Notes: generated by a model from the letters alone, not told the origin. A stretch of DNA of 64,000 nucleotides from Eledone cirrhosa (GCA_964016885.1 OZ024759.1:33976001-34040000); one strand, 5' to 3'; shown: positions 45,307-60,702, numbered from the stretch's first letter. Numbers and translations: made by a program.

Positions 45307-45421
45307 CTGATTCAGGACCCTGTTGGCTGAGCTCCGGCTGTTTCGACAGCTAGATCCGAACTGTTCGGATCTAGCTGGTGAAACTATCTGAGATCAGCCA
45401 TCGGGATCCCGAAGTTTTCAT
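45303..45421. mobile_element. Family A-related short fold-back element
   Basis: Palindrome CAGCTAGATCCGAAC-t-GTTCGGATCTAGCTG; the segment GGACCC..GGCTGAGCTC.GGCTGTTTCGAC resembles family A; TA-flanked. Confidence 0.6.
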
Positions 45422-46318
45422 TTATATATATATATATATATAGTCCAATGTGACAACAAACAGAAATACAATAAGTCTTACTTTCACACTTTATATTGGA
45501 AAGAGGAAAGAAGGTTCCCACCTTATGAATATGTAATGCTCAGAATTATTTATTCTACCAACACAGATCCATTTGCACATTTATTATATATAACACTTAT
45601 TATTATATATATGTGTGTGTATGTATGTGAATGTATCCATGTCTGTTTACATGTTTGAATGTATATGTGAGTGTACGTGCAGTTCCACTTTAGTACTTAT
45701 TCCACCTCTTCAAGAATACTAACTTACCGATGTGCACTAATAGAAGCTAAGGAAATAAAGTAAAATTGCGTTATGTAATTCTGCATTTTGTTTCTAATTT
45801 TTAGTATGATTCATTTTCTAAATTCTTGCATTGTAAAGCTTACAAATAAATAGGAAAGAATATCAGGCGACAGAGGGAAAAATAAACTAAATTTATGAAA
45901 GAAAACAACAACTAGAAAAGAGAATCAGAACACAAACTATAAAATTCACATAGTAAAAACTAAAATTAACACATTTTAAGCATTTCCTTTAATCTACAAA
46001 AATTATTTTTTCTAAATTTGTTTCATTTTTACCATAGATTCAGTTTTTTCTTAATATCTAGACGCGTGAATTTAGTCGTTGATATTCTAATAATACAAAT
46101 GTACTGAGAGATACCTACCCAGGGCTACATAGTAAAGATTCATAAAAATAAAGAAAAAACTTCAATTGAAAAAAAGAACAAAGAATTGTGTAAATGTATG
46201 AACTATAATAAATACATAATTCCTTCTACACACATGTATGTATATGTGAATGTTCGTCTCCCTCTCTCTGTATGTATATATATATATATATATATTCATA
46301 TATATAAATACACACATA

Positions 46319-46400
46319 TACGGGGTGTCCCAAAAACGTATATACACTTAAACAGTATACTAATATAAATGTGTCTACATTTCTGGAGACACCCGGCATA
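46319..46400. mobile_element. Tiny Tc1/mariner-type MITE
   Basis: TA-CGGGGTGTCCCAAAAACGTATATACAC ... GTGTCTACATTTCTGGAGACACCCGG imperfect terminal inverted repeats in a TA context. Confidence 0.5.
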
Positions 46401-46461
46401 TATATGTATGTTTATATTTATATATATGTATAAACGCATATATATAGACATATATATAAAC

Positions 46462-46494
<33 letters not shown>

Positions 46495-46529
46495 CACGTA
46501 TATATATATATAGACATATATATATAAAC

Positions 46530-46606
<77 letters not shown>

Positions 46607-47016
46607 GGTGTGTGTGTGTGTGTGTGTTTGCATGTATGTGTGAGCATGTGTGCGTGTTTGTATGTACATGTGTACGTTTGTCTTATAACATGAGTGTGTG
46701 AATGCATAAATGTGTATTTATGTGAATTTAATCTACAGCGAACAAGGGAAAAATTTACAGACGTATGCACTAAAACGGAAACAGAAAGACGAGAAAAAAT
46801 ACAACATAAAGTAATTATTTTTTACCCTTTGATTAGTGTCTAATGTAAATAGGAAGTGAAATTAACTCATAATCAAGTTTCGAGAATCGGAACTGAACAC
46901 GTAATGAAGTCAGATAAAACAAGGACAATCTCCGCAAAAGGAAATCTTGCTAATACTCGTTAAACAATGAATATCATTAAAAAACATGATTTTTCACACA
47001 CAAATATCTATAAGAA

Positions 47017-47083
<67 letters not shown>

Positions 47084-47320
47084 TATATACATACATATAA
47101 ATATATATATATATATATAAATATATATACATACATATAAATATATATATATATATAAATATATATACATACATATAAATATATATATATATATAAATAT
47201 ATATACATACATATAAATATATATATATATATATAAATATATATACATACAAATATATATATAAATATATATACATACATATATATATATATATAAATAT
47301 ATATACATACATATATATAA

Positions 47321-47353
<33 letters not shown>

Positions 47354-47362
47354 CATATATAA

Positions 47363-47395
<33 letters not shown>

Positions 47396-47769
47396 CATAT
47401 ATAAATATATATACATATATATATATATACATACATATGTTTATATATATGCGCACACACACATATACATACACAAACATACATACACACACCCACAGCC
47501 AATACTCTTTGTTTACAAAACAACTCCACATATATTCACAAGAATTTAATCTTTATTTTCATTGTTTTTTAGAAATAATTATTTTCAAGAATCTAAACTA
47601 AACAATACATGAGATAATATTGCAGATCTGTTTGATTTGTTCTACTGGTATTGATTTTGTCGTTATCTTTTTATTGTAGTCTTCTATGTATTATTGGTTT
47701 ATTATTACTAAAATTATTATTATTATCATTGATCATTATATTTTTATTGTTTTTGTTGTTTAGTTGTTT

Positions 47770-48660
47770 CTTATCTCAGCTTCTAACACTGGAGATGTAT
47801 TACAGTGTTACCTGTTCATTACCAGTGAACTGAGGTAACACCCCTTATCTCAGCTTCTAACACTGGAGATGTATTACAGTGAACTGAGGTAACACCCCTT
47901 ATCTCAGCTTCTAACACTGGAGATGTATTACAGTGAACTGAGGTAACACCCCTTATCTCAGCTTCTAACACTGGAGATGTATTACAGTGAACTGAGGTAA
48001 CACCCCTTATCTCAGCTTCTAACACTGGAGATGTATTACAGTGAACCGAGGTAACACCCCTTATCTCAGCTTTTAACACTAGAGATGTATTACAGTGAAC
48101 TGAGGTAACACCCCTTATCTCAGCTTCTAACACTGGAGATGTATTACAGTGAACTGAGGTAACACCCCTTATCTCAGCTTCTAACACTGGAGATGTATTA
48201 CAGTGAACTGAGGTAACACCCCTTATCTCAGCTTCTAACACTGGAGATGTATTACAGTGAACCGAGGTAACACCCCTTATCTCAGCTTTTAACACTAGAG
48301 ATGTATTTAACACCCCTTATCTCAGCTTTTTAACACTAGAGATGTATTACAGTGAACCGAGGTAACACCCCTTATCTCAGGTTCTAACACTAGATATGTA
48401 TTTAACACCCCTTATCTCAGCATCTAACACTAGAGATGTATTACAGTGAACCGATGTAACACCCCTTATCTCAGGTTCTAACACTAGAGATGTATTTAAC
48501 ACCCCTTATCTCAGCTTTTTAACACTAGAGATGTATTACAGTGAACTGAGGTAACACCCCTTATCTCAGGTTCTAACACTGGAGATATATTACAGTGTTC
48601 CCTGTTCACTACCAGGTAACTGAGGTAACACCTCTTATCTCAACTTCATTACCAGTGAAC
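47770..48660. repeat. 54-bp minisatellite, about 16 units including shortened variants
   Basis: Unit TTATCTCAGCTTCTAACACTGGAGATGTATTACAGTGAACTGAGGTAACACCCC; later units alternate with a deleted form. Confidence 0.95.
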
Positions 48661-48839
48661 AGCAGACCCATAGCAGCAGTACTAAACATCCATCGGCCAC
48701 AATCAACAACACAATCACCAAAACCAACCATCAACACCACCGCCAATCACCAATAACAAGTGCACCACCAAACACAGATAGCAGCGTCCAACAGCAACCA
48801 CCAACAACCAACAAAAACCACTCTTCAAACCACAAAACA

Positions 48840-49180
48840 GCAACAGCACACCAACAACGACAACGGCAGCTACATCAACAGCAGCTACAACAACAGCAAC
48901 AACAGCAACAGCAGCTACAACAACAGCAACATCAACAACCGCAACAACAACGACAACAACAACAGCTACATCAACGACAACAACAGAAGCTACAACGACA
49001 ACAACAGCAACTACAACAACAACAACGACAACAACAACAGCTACATCAACGACAACAACAGCAGCTACAACAACAACGACAACAACAGCTACATCAACGA
49101 CAACAACAGCAGCTACAACAACAACAACGACAACAACAGCTACATCAACGACACCAACAGCAGCTACAATAACAACAACA
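48840..49180. repeat. (AAC)n-derived compound repeat
   Basis: Recurrent AACAGCTACATCAACGACAACAAC units. Confidence 0.85.
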
Positions 49181-49476
49181 AACTAAAAGTAGCAACAGAG
49201 AAGCTGAATAAAGGAGAACTTGATTTACAACTGGTTTTATATTTAATTAATTTCGAATATAAATTAGGTCGAATGATTATGTCGGGAGCATCTCATCAAT
49301 TTAGTGTTTCTGGTCCACCATAGATCATCAACTGGGAGGGTATATAGCTTCCGTAAAGATGAAAAGCAAAGCTGACCTCGGCAGAATGTGAACATAGCTG
49401 GACTGTTTCTGTAATTCACACATACAGCTTTCACTTACAATACCATTGGCGATATTTGCTGTTGATACAGCTGCTG

Positions 49477-49524
<48 letters not shown>

Positions 49525-50046
49525 ATACTACTACTGCTACCACTATTACTGCTAATACTACTTCTACAACTACTATTTCTACTACTACTACTTCTACTAC
49601 TTCTACTACTACTACTGCTGCTGCTACTTCTACCACTACTACTGCTACAATTGCTACTACTACCACTACTACTACTACTACTACTACTTCCACTACCACT
49701 ACTACTACTTCTACTACTACTTATACAACTACTATCTCTAATACTACTTCTACCACTACTGCTGCTACTTCTACCACTACTACTGCTACAATTGCTACTG
49801 CTACCACTACTACCACTACTACCACTATTACTACTACTTCCACTACCACTACCTCTACTACTACTTCTACTACTACTTATACAACTACTATTTCTAATAC
49901 TACTTCTACCACTACTGTTGCTACTTCTACCACTGCTACCACTACTACTACTGCCACTACCACTACTACCACTACCATTACTTCCGCTACTACTTATACT
50001 ACTACTACTACTGCTAATACTACTATTAATACTTCTACTACTACCA

Positions 50047-50078
<32 letters not shown>

Positions 50079-50079
50079 T

Positions 50080-50142
<63 letters not shown>

Positions 50143-50329
50143 GACTGCAAATACCACTACTACTACTGTTAATACTACTACTGCAACAGCTGCTAGGATT
50201 GTGCTGTTGATGGTAGTGATGATGATGATGTTTCTGCTACTGATGTCCTTAATGGCGATAGTTCAAATAGCTTGATTTGTGTGTTTACGAGACACAATGG
50301 AATAAGACGTATATTATGGTCTTTGGTAT

Positions 50330-51179
<850 letters not shown>

Positions 51180-51470
51180 CTGTGTGTGTGTGGTTTATGT
51201 GTGCGTGTATATTCGTTTGTTCGTTTATATGATATTTTGATTTCATTTTCAAAAAATATCTTAGAAGTTCTCAAATTGTCAGATGAGAGAGGGTCATAAA
51301 CGATTCTTTAAAGTGTCAATTAATAAACATTGGCTGGGCTCTGAGGGAGATTTCAGTTGTCCACCATCAAATTGTTTGAAATCTGAAACTCAGTATTACA
51401 CAGAAATGTTATCATTGCTAGAGAGGTCTATGTTCTATATTGCAATATTATATATATATATATTTACATA

Positions 51471-52002
51471 CAGGAACAAGTATGACCCCGACGGCAAAGC
51501 TCAAGCCGTTTCGACGGCTATTTCTGGACTAAATAACAATTTTTAGTCTGGTAAATAAATAGCCAAACTTCTCAAGGGGAAATATCCTTATATGGGAAAA
51601 TAGTTCGACCTTTTATACACTATCCTTAGAATCTGTTGTATAGATTTCACTTTCAACGCCGGACTGGGTTTTCCCCACTCCCTCTTTGATCTACCGGCTA
51701 GTTCAGCCACCCCTACCTCCCATCAATGGCCATGATAGATGTATCTGTCTTTATAACAAATGTTTTCCAATCATCTTGACAATTACTATCTTCCCATATA
51801 AGGAAATTCCCCTTGAGAAGTTTGACTATTTATTTACCAGGCTAAAAATTCTTATTTAGTCCAGAAATAGCCGTCAAAACGGCTTGAGCTCTGCCGTCGA
51901 GGTCATAGTTGTTCCTATTACCCACTCTACTACCCATAGTATTGAGTACTTTGGTGCGCTACGCTTCATCTGGTTCCTTACCACAATTCCTTCGTTATAT
52001 TT

Positions 52003-52004
<2 letters not shown>
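51471..52004 (+). mobile_element. Longest family A element: about 130-bp inverted arms around an about 180-bp spacer
   Basis: 51471-51604 is the reverse complement of about 51784-51916; contains the complete hammerhead variant; TA-flanked. Confidence 0.85.
51486..51579 (-). ncRNA. Hammerhead ribozyme, U3-A8 core variant (family A element)
   Basis: Minus strand reads CCCC-TTGAGAA-GtttGGCTATTT..GACTAAA..TTTAGTC..AAATAGCCgtC-GAA-ACGGC-ttgagcttt-GCCGT-C-GGGG. GUC triplet; UUGAGAA keeps the 3-8 base pair as U-A. A second copy on the + strand at 51809-51902 has G12 changed to A. Confidence 0.65.
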
Positions 52005-52054
<50 letters not shown>

Positions 52055-52272
52055 CGCGGGGTCTCTTGATAAAACTGTATCAGCCTCACAGCGATGATGC
52101 ATTATTATAGTGCAGACAGCTACACACGGATTGACGAAACTACATTCGGGATATTGAAAAGAAAAAGGTATATTTGTGTCTATTAGTTCCTCGTATTTTG
52201 TAATTTTATATATATATACATATGACATTCCCCCGAATGAAACAGTTCTACTCATATATAAGCCATTTCTAC

Positions 52273-52316
<44 letters not shown>

Positions 52317-52454
52317 CCTTCTTTCGCCGAAAAGAAGTAAGTGACATAGTCACTTTTGTAAAACTGATAGCGTATGGTCTTCTAAATGTATTTAATTAAA
52401 CATATAGTATATTACCAAATATACTACACATACATTCGTATATATATGTATATA

Positions 52455-52598
52455 TAACGGAGGAAATGTGGTAAGGAACCAGGTGGACCATAACGCACCA
52501 AAGTACTCAATACTTAGGGTAGTATTTTATTTATTTTTTTTTAGTCCAGAATTAGCCGTCGAAACGGCTTGAGCTCAGCCGTCGGGGTCCTACGCGTT

Positions 52599-52601
<3 letters not shown>
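52455..52601 (-). mobile_element. Family A element
   Basis: Conserved end plus inverted segment; TA-flanked. Confidence 0.8.
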
Positions 52602-52654
<53 letters not shown>

Positions 52655-52657
<3 letters not shown>

Positions 52658-52845
52658 GCTTTCACCGTATTTTAGACTAAATAAATTTTAGCCTGATAGT
52701 GGGGTTTAGAACCCTCAGATAAATGGAAAAAGATGAGTATTGATGTACATGGGAGTCCATTTATCTGAGGGTTCTAAACCCTATTATCAGGCTAAAATTT
52801 ATTTAGTCTAGAATACGGTGAAAGCTATTCTATTTTCTAACATAC
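52655..52845 (+). mobile_element. Family B (TA)n-embedded fold-back element
   Basis: TAGCTTTCACCGTATT...CAGATAAATGG / CCATTTATCTG...AATACGGTGAAAGCTA inverted arms of about 75 bp; homologous to 55660-55885 and 56985-57195. Confidence 0.8.
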
Positions 52846-52968
52846 ATATATTATAAAGTGTCAGTAGAATGTCCTCTTTATTCTGACTGCCTCAGAACTT
52901 ATTACGTAGAGTTTTCTAGATGTTTGAAAGTAGTTATATGTCTTTCTTTCCTTCTGTCTTTTTATATA

Positions 52969-53050
<82 letters not shown>

Positions 53051-53399
53051 GGGGGGGGGTATGTATTTATTTAATGATATGTCCAATATTCGGTAGCTGT
53101 TATTTAACTAGAAGTTGGAATTGTGATTCATTGCTAGATTCTTGTGTAAAAGCTTCATAATTTACACATGAACATGGACGCTGATGTTTTATTTAATAAA
53201 GAAAAACACACATAATTAAAGAATGACAAACGAAATCTCAGTTAAAAATATAGGAATAAAAAAAAATACCTACTTAATATTAGTGATCCATTAAAATATC
53301 CGATTTAAACTATTTCATCAGACAAATACTTTTCTCACCAATAACACAGCTCGCTGAGTAATAAAGCATGGTGACTGAAGGATTTATATTAAAATGTGT

Positions 53400-53920
53400 G
53401 GTTGTTCAAAGTAATTCTTTTTAATTTATTGGAAAGGATATTCAGTGTAGTCCGTATTTAATCTGAATTCAAAGGAGATGTTCACATTTCTATGGTCTGT
53501 TAAATGTAATTGTTTAATTCATTGGAAAGTGTGTTAGCAAGATTTGGTAGTCAAACTGAATTGAAAGAATATGTGCACAATTCTTTGGTCTGTTAAAAGT
53601 AATTCGTTAATTTAGTGGAATAGATATTCAGAGCATTTCGAAGTAACTTCGAATTCAAAGAACATGTTCACAATTCTTTCGTTTCTTAAAAGTAATTCTT
53701 CAATTTAGTGGAATGGACATTCCGATGACACCGTCGTCACTCTGAATTGAGAGAACATGCGCATAATTTTTTGGTCTATTAAAAGTATTTCTTTATTGTA
53801 TCGGAATGGATAGTCAGTGATGTATTTAATCGAACTGAATCGAACTAAATCCAATGTAGAAATTTCTGTGGACGAGGAGTATCAAAAGTAAATATTACAC
53901 TTTCGTGGAATAACCATTCC
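53400..53920. repeat. Highly diverged 93-bp tandem repeat, about 5 units
   Basis: AAGTAATT-like anchor at 53409, 53504, 53597, 53690 and 53783; CTGAATT and TGGAA anchors follow the same period. Confidence 0.75.
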
Positions 53921-54178
53921 TAGCCACTAACAGTCAAACGAAGCCTGAATGTTTGTATAAAATCTCATGACCTATTGATGTTAAATGGTATGGCTATTTC
54001 ACAGTATTTTCAATCTGAATGTAAATTCCAAAAACCCGAGGAAACTGTTGTTTTGTTCACTCAGGTAATACCAAGTCTTTCTCTAGACCAATGAGAGGTT
54101 TCTAAGAATAAGAAACAGAGTGTATGCTTCATATTAACCGCTACACTCTAGAACATTATAGCAAACATACACACACAA

Positions 54179-54253
<75 letters not shown>

Positions 54254-54259
<6 letters not shown>

Positions 54260-54580
54260 GGAAAACGAAGAATCAGTGATGCATCGGAACACAGTTTATG
54301 ATATATTACAATTATTTCTCCGGCGAACAGCTCGAGGTGCGATCTGTTTGTGGATCGAACCTGACTCTGGATTCGCCAATTCCTCAAATACGTCTAGTGA
54401 TCCATAAACAGATCGCACCTCGAGATGTTCGCCGGAGAAACAATTGTAATACGTAATAAATTGTGTTCCGATGCCTCACTGATTCTTCGTTTTCCATATT
54501 ATTATACTCTGCTCCGAAGGAGCATAGAGTGCTCAACAGGCATACCGCCTATGGACGCATCCTAGTAACCTTACTACACA
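54254..54580 (+). mobile_element. (TA)n-embedded fold-back element with about 100-bp arms and a 3' extension
   Basis: 54254-54356 is the reverse complement of 54399-54503 with several mismatches; the extension contains the hairpin ACTCT-GCTCC-gaa-GGAGC-atAGAGT. Confidence 0.8.
54301..54393 (-). ncRNA. Hammerhead-like motif (U3/G8) in a fold-back element
   Basis: Minus strand reads ACGTAT-TTGAGGA-aTTGGCGAA...TTCGCCGGa-GAA-ATAATTGT-A-ATATAT. The other arm keeps the perfect palindrome ACAATTGT-A followed by ATACGT, which is complementary to the 5' strand of stem I. Confidence 0.55.
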
Positions 54581-54609
54581 TATATATATATATAGATATA
54601 CTTTAACTT

Positions 54610-54770
54610 TAATTAAATCTCATAAAATAATACAACTGGCTTTTCCACATTATACATATTGTTAGCACCCCAAACACTTAAATTGGGTTTATATTTTAAT
54701 ATAACCTAATGTTTGTTGAGTGAGATGGTTACTAGTCAGAGTTTAGCTTTAAACTATCTCTGTTATTGTA

Positions 54771-54776
<6 letters not shown>
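54610..54776 (+). mobile_element. Family D element
   Basis: Homologous to 22337-22525 in the opposite orientation; ends in (TA)n. Confidence 0.65.
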
Positions 54777-54822
<46 letters not shown>

Positions 54823-55227
54823 TTTCTAGTAGGAAATCCTCTACTCCTGAGAAGTTAAAATATTCCAACTCTTTTAATTCTCTTGTGAAAACGTTTTAGA
54901 TTAAAACGTTCTCTTTGCCTTTCATTTTAACTCGTACATTCTGTTGTTAGAAACGAAACTAGACATTCCAACTTTGGCACATGGACATAGAAATGGTAAA
55001 TGTGATCGATAATTTCAAAGTTTGCTTTAGAAAACAGATGGGAAACTTAAGAATGTACAACAATTTGTAGTCTTAACATTTGTCTTAGCAATTATCTTGG
55101 GGGATAGAATAATTTTGATGAATTTGTTAGCTTGCTTCTGAAATTTCCACTCTTAGATAATTTATTTCCTTCTCTTTCTATATATATATATATATATATG
55201 CACATACACACACACACAAATACACAG

Positions 55228-55311
<84 letters not shown>

Positions 55312-55659
55312 TTACATATATATATATATGTCTGTGTATGTCTACATAACTCTTTATGTATGTATAAATGCATATGTTGTATATATATATATATATATAT
55401 ATGTATAATATGTTTCATACAGCGCTGGGAACAGGAAGACTCATGCTCGATAAATATAATTGGGAATGTTACGCATCTGCGATGTTGATACTTCTTAATT
55501 TTGATGCCGAAGTAAAGCAATAATAACTTCATACTTTACAGTGAATTCTACAAAGTCTCTCGGTAAGAGTCTTCTGTGACAACTGTTGCTTAATAAAAGA
55601 CAATATATACAATCCTTATCGAGTCCTGTTCGGATTTTGGTCTTTCTATTTATTATGTA

Positions 55660-55995
<336 letters not shown>

Positions 55996-56221
55996 ATGCA
56001 TCATACATATAATATATATTATTGATATTAATGATACGCGGAAAAAATACCGTTGGGTGCTTCTAATATGTTGTAAATTAACTCTGTTGAATAATCAACA
56101 AACCAAATAACTAATTGTTTATATATATATATATATATGTATATATATTAATAATAATAGTAATAATAATAAAATTGAATATATATTTATAAAATAAAAT
56201 AAAATAAAATACATATATTTA

Positions 56222-56269
<48 letters not shown>

Positions 56270-56816
56270 ATATTTATGTATGTGTGTCTCTGTGTGGTTC
56301 TCAATAGGTGTTTGATTATATCAGGTAAGAGTGAGATTCGTTGTATTCAGAAACAAATAAATACCTGGCCGCAATTCTATCTAAATCACCTGTCATCACG
56401 ATTCACTTTCAACACATATGGCCGAGAAATATGAACCACATATTGCTAATATTGTTCCTAGATTTCATTAAAACACTTTCGAAAGGTGTAACAGTATGGC
56501 CGCGTGCAACTGACAGATATAAGTAAAGAAATAATATTCTAATTATAATTGAATCCTATGAGGAAGGCACACGAATGTATGGCAGTGAACTCAGACCTCA
56601 AAATATATTCCGTTACATCTCATATGTGCTCATGAGGTTTTGTCTAATTGTTACTGCTTGAGTCACGTCAACGCTGTGACAGTAAGGCATGCAAATATTC
56701 TTATGAATAATGGTAATGTTGGTGACGACCAGTTCTATGGCGATGATGTTGATTAGGGGGAGGACATTGAGGTGGTACAGCAATATATATATGTTTACTT
56801 CTCTCTCTCTCACTCT

Positions 56817-56903
<87 letters not shown>

Positions 56904-56984
56904 TGTCAAGTATGAAAATTGTAGGAATTTGTAGAAAAAAGATTTCTACAAATTTCATACTTAACGACCATATATATATATATA

Positions 56985-57195
56985 TAGCTTTCACCGTATT
57001 TTTAACTAAAGGAATTTTAGCTTGATAAATGGAAAAAGATGAGTATTGACGTACGTCAATACTCATCTTTTTCCATTTATCTGAGGGTTCTAAACCCCGT
57101 TATCAAGCTAAAATTCCTTTAGTTAAAAATACGGTGAAAGCTATATATTTTCTAATTTCAAACTCGCTCACTGTTTCAAAACATACTTACTTGAT
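56985..57195 (+). mobile_element. Family B element
   Basis: Fold-back centred on GAGTATTGACGTACGTCAATACTC; same 3' end as the copy ending at 55885. Confidence 0.8.
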
Positions 57196-57513
57196 ATATA
57201 TATATGTGCGTGGGGGGGGGGGGTTATATATATAACATATATATATATCTATCTCTCCGTCCCTCTATATATATATACACATATATAATGCAGAGGGAAA
57301 GAGAAGGAGAGAGAGAGAGATACATTTTATAGATATTAAACACGCACAAAGAGTAGGGGTGGGACCCCTACAATCGTTTTGATATTTGGCTACTTCCTAA
57401 ACATACTCTACCATAAAGGAGTTTACTTCCTGCTGTCATATCGGGCTTAAAAAGTTATCGAACATCCCTCACGTGTATATACCTATATATACCTATGTTT
57501 ATATATCTACCAG

Positions 57514-57608
<95 letters not shown>

Positions 57609-58320
57609 CTTTGTATATTAATCATGTGTATATATAATTCCATAAACAAACACACATTTATATATATATTTAGTGTATAAATACCTACAAACACTTAATA
57701 TATATATGTGCGTGTTTGTGTGTGTACATATATATTTATAAATATACATATGCTAAAGTGTAGTTGTATATATATATATACACACTAAATATATGGAGAG
57801 GAAAGTTTATTGGGTGATGTGAGGAGGCATATATGAAAGGAAATAAAACAACTAATGATTTAAGCATCTCCATCACCATCATCATCATCACCATCACCAC
57901 CATCATCATCACTATCATCATCATCATTTAGATGAATACTAATATTACCAACAACAACCACAACAACAACAACCACTATACAGAACAAATGTGAACTCGT
58001 TTAAAACATGAGGTAGGGAGATATGTTGCTTTGTTATTTGACATCAAAGTATGAAACTCAAAGTTGAAGATCTATGAATGTCGAAAGAACATTTCCTCCC
58101 AAAAGATTAAATAAAACGAAATTGAAGATGAAAAAATAAATATCAATAACAAATCATTAAAATTATAACCAAAGCAAAATCAATGAATTTTTTAGGAACA
58201 TTTTTCCCCCTTTTCCTGGACTAAGCTTAGGAAAATAATAGACAGCTTAAAAGCTCGTCTTTTTCTTCCCCGCTGATGTAGTATAACAACTCATATGTTT
58301 TTTATAGTAACGGGTTATAA

Positions 58321-58705
58321 TTTAGGCACAAGGCCAACACATTTTTGTGGGGAGGAGTAAGTCGATCAATTTGACCAAATTGACTCCAGGGTGTTACTGG
58401 TACTTTATTTTATCGACCCGTAAGGATGAAAGGCAACGCTAACCTCGCCGTTATTTGACTTCAGAACATATAACTTTGTAGGTATATACAGCAAAGAATG
58501 TTTTGTGACGTTCTTACGATATATTATTGTTTCTACTTCAGGCACAAGGCCAGCAAATACCCAGTACATTACTGGTACTTTATTTTATCGACCCCGTAAG
58601 GATGAAAGGCAAAGTTAACCTCGGCGGGATTTGAACTCAGACTGTAAAGGGACGTAACCATGCTAGAAATCATGACGTCCAACCCTCTACCGATACTGCC
58701 AATTC
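58321..58705 (-). mobile_element. Two tandem major-family SINE copies
   Basis: The consensus body occurs twice (58395-58465 and 58570-58705). Confidence 0.8.
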
Positions 58706-59002
58706 ACATAATACTACATAACTCAATGAGTCATTCCTGCAACATTTTAATGGTGGATTTGGTTGTTACTTCTAGCAGTGCTTCGAGGCACAAAGAGACA
58801 CCCATCTCTGGAATAATTTCTGTTATATATTTTTCCTTTGTCGCTAGTAGCCATGACATAACCTTTGAGGAAATTACCAGGGCTGCTGACCTAGATATAG
58901 GAAGGTAATATACACAACAGAGACATCGGGGGAATGTTTAGAATGGAATCTTCCAGATCTATAGAAAACGGACCAGTCTAGGACTGGGGTTCGATTCTGC
59001 CT

Positions 59003-59111
<109 letters not shown>

Positions 59112-60300
59112 AGTTACTAGTCTTTTTCTGGAAGAAATGTCCAAGAAACGCCGTATACCACAACGTTGCCTTACGACTCCATCAGGAGTTATGAGATAAG
59201 GACTAAAGATATCTATCTATCTGATATATCTAGGGAGAAAAGCGGCTACGTTAAAATCTCGCTGAAGTGTTGCAGATATATAATTTATTTCTGGCCTTTT
59301 CAAGATCCAGATCAATCTCAAAATATGAGATTAATGATCGAAGATGGAAGATATTCTAGATACCCGTCCATATATTTCTATATGTATGTAAGTCTAAATT
59401 ATTCATTGCTTTATTCAACACCATAGTTAGTTATTTTTCGTTTGACGTAGTTGATATATATAGCTGACTAAGTAGTATGGCTTTATCTTAGTAAAGCAGG
59501 CCTTTTTGTGCATGTGTACGGACTGAGAACAACATGACATGGACACGCACAAGTAAATATGATGAAAGAAGTTTAACAAAAAAAACCATACCTTAGAAAA
59601 CAAAAGTCTATTTTTCGACCGATGTAGGTCATATTTATAGCTGTTTGATTGGACTTTATAGTTTTATCTTTGTAAATAAAGGGTTTAATTTGTTGTGAAC
59701 TTGTATACGGACTGAGAACACACATGACAGGGACACACTGGAGTAGCTATGATGCAAAAGGTTTAACAGAAACAAAAAAATATATATATACATTAGAAAA
59801 TAAAAAAGACAGAAATCTAAGCAAACTAGGAACCGCAATGCACCAGCAAGTGGTAGAACGATGTAACTAATTGACCAGGTGCCAACATTTTGAATAAAAC
59901 ATATAATATCTTAACGGGTATTCAGAAAATACTTGTGAAGATATTTAACAATTTCATGGAAGTGCGAGAAAAAGATAAAATAAAATAGGAAAAAAAAATG
60001 GGAAAACGAAATAAATTATACAGAAAAGAGAAATACAATAAAAATATGTGAATGAAGTCTGACTGACAGAAATCAAAAGGACGCGGAGTCCTCAGGTTCA
60101 GTAGAAGGATATTGGCATAAAATTAGGTAAATAATAGAACATGCCAGCTGACCTTGAATAGAGAAGAGAGTGAGAGAGAGGGAGACAGAGAGAGCGAGAG
60201 ACAAGGATAGAAAGAGAGGGAGAGGAGGAGAGAGAGAAGTGGAGATATAATTAGAGTGAGATAGGAATGATAGTTAAAATGGCTTAGGAGAAAACATATG

Positions 60301-60376
<76 letters not shown>

Positions 60377-60538
60377 ATATTGATATATGTATTAAATGAA
60401 TGAATATATCATATAGTATATGTCCATTATATATATATATAAATATATTACATATATATATATATAGAGAGAGGGTGGGTGAGAGAAAGAGAACTAATAT
60501 AATACAATATAATATATATGAGAATTTATATATGTATA

Positions 60539-60607
<69 letters not shown>

Positions 60608-60610
60608 CTA

Positions 60611-60663
<53 letters not shown>

Positions 60664-60664
60664 A

Positions 60665-60702
<38 letters not shown>

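Noticed and set aside
47770-48660. CRISPR-like regular array
   Set aside because: Units are contiguous with no unique spacers, there are no cas genes, and the context is eukaryotic.
59500-59830. About 190-bp local duplication (a similar about 155-bp one at 42200-42550)
   Set aside because: Ordinary diverged tandem duplications with no further structure seen.
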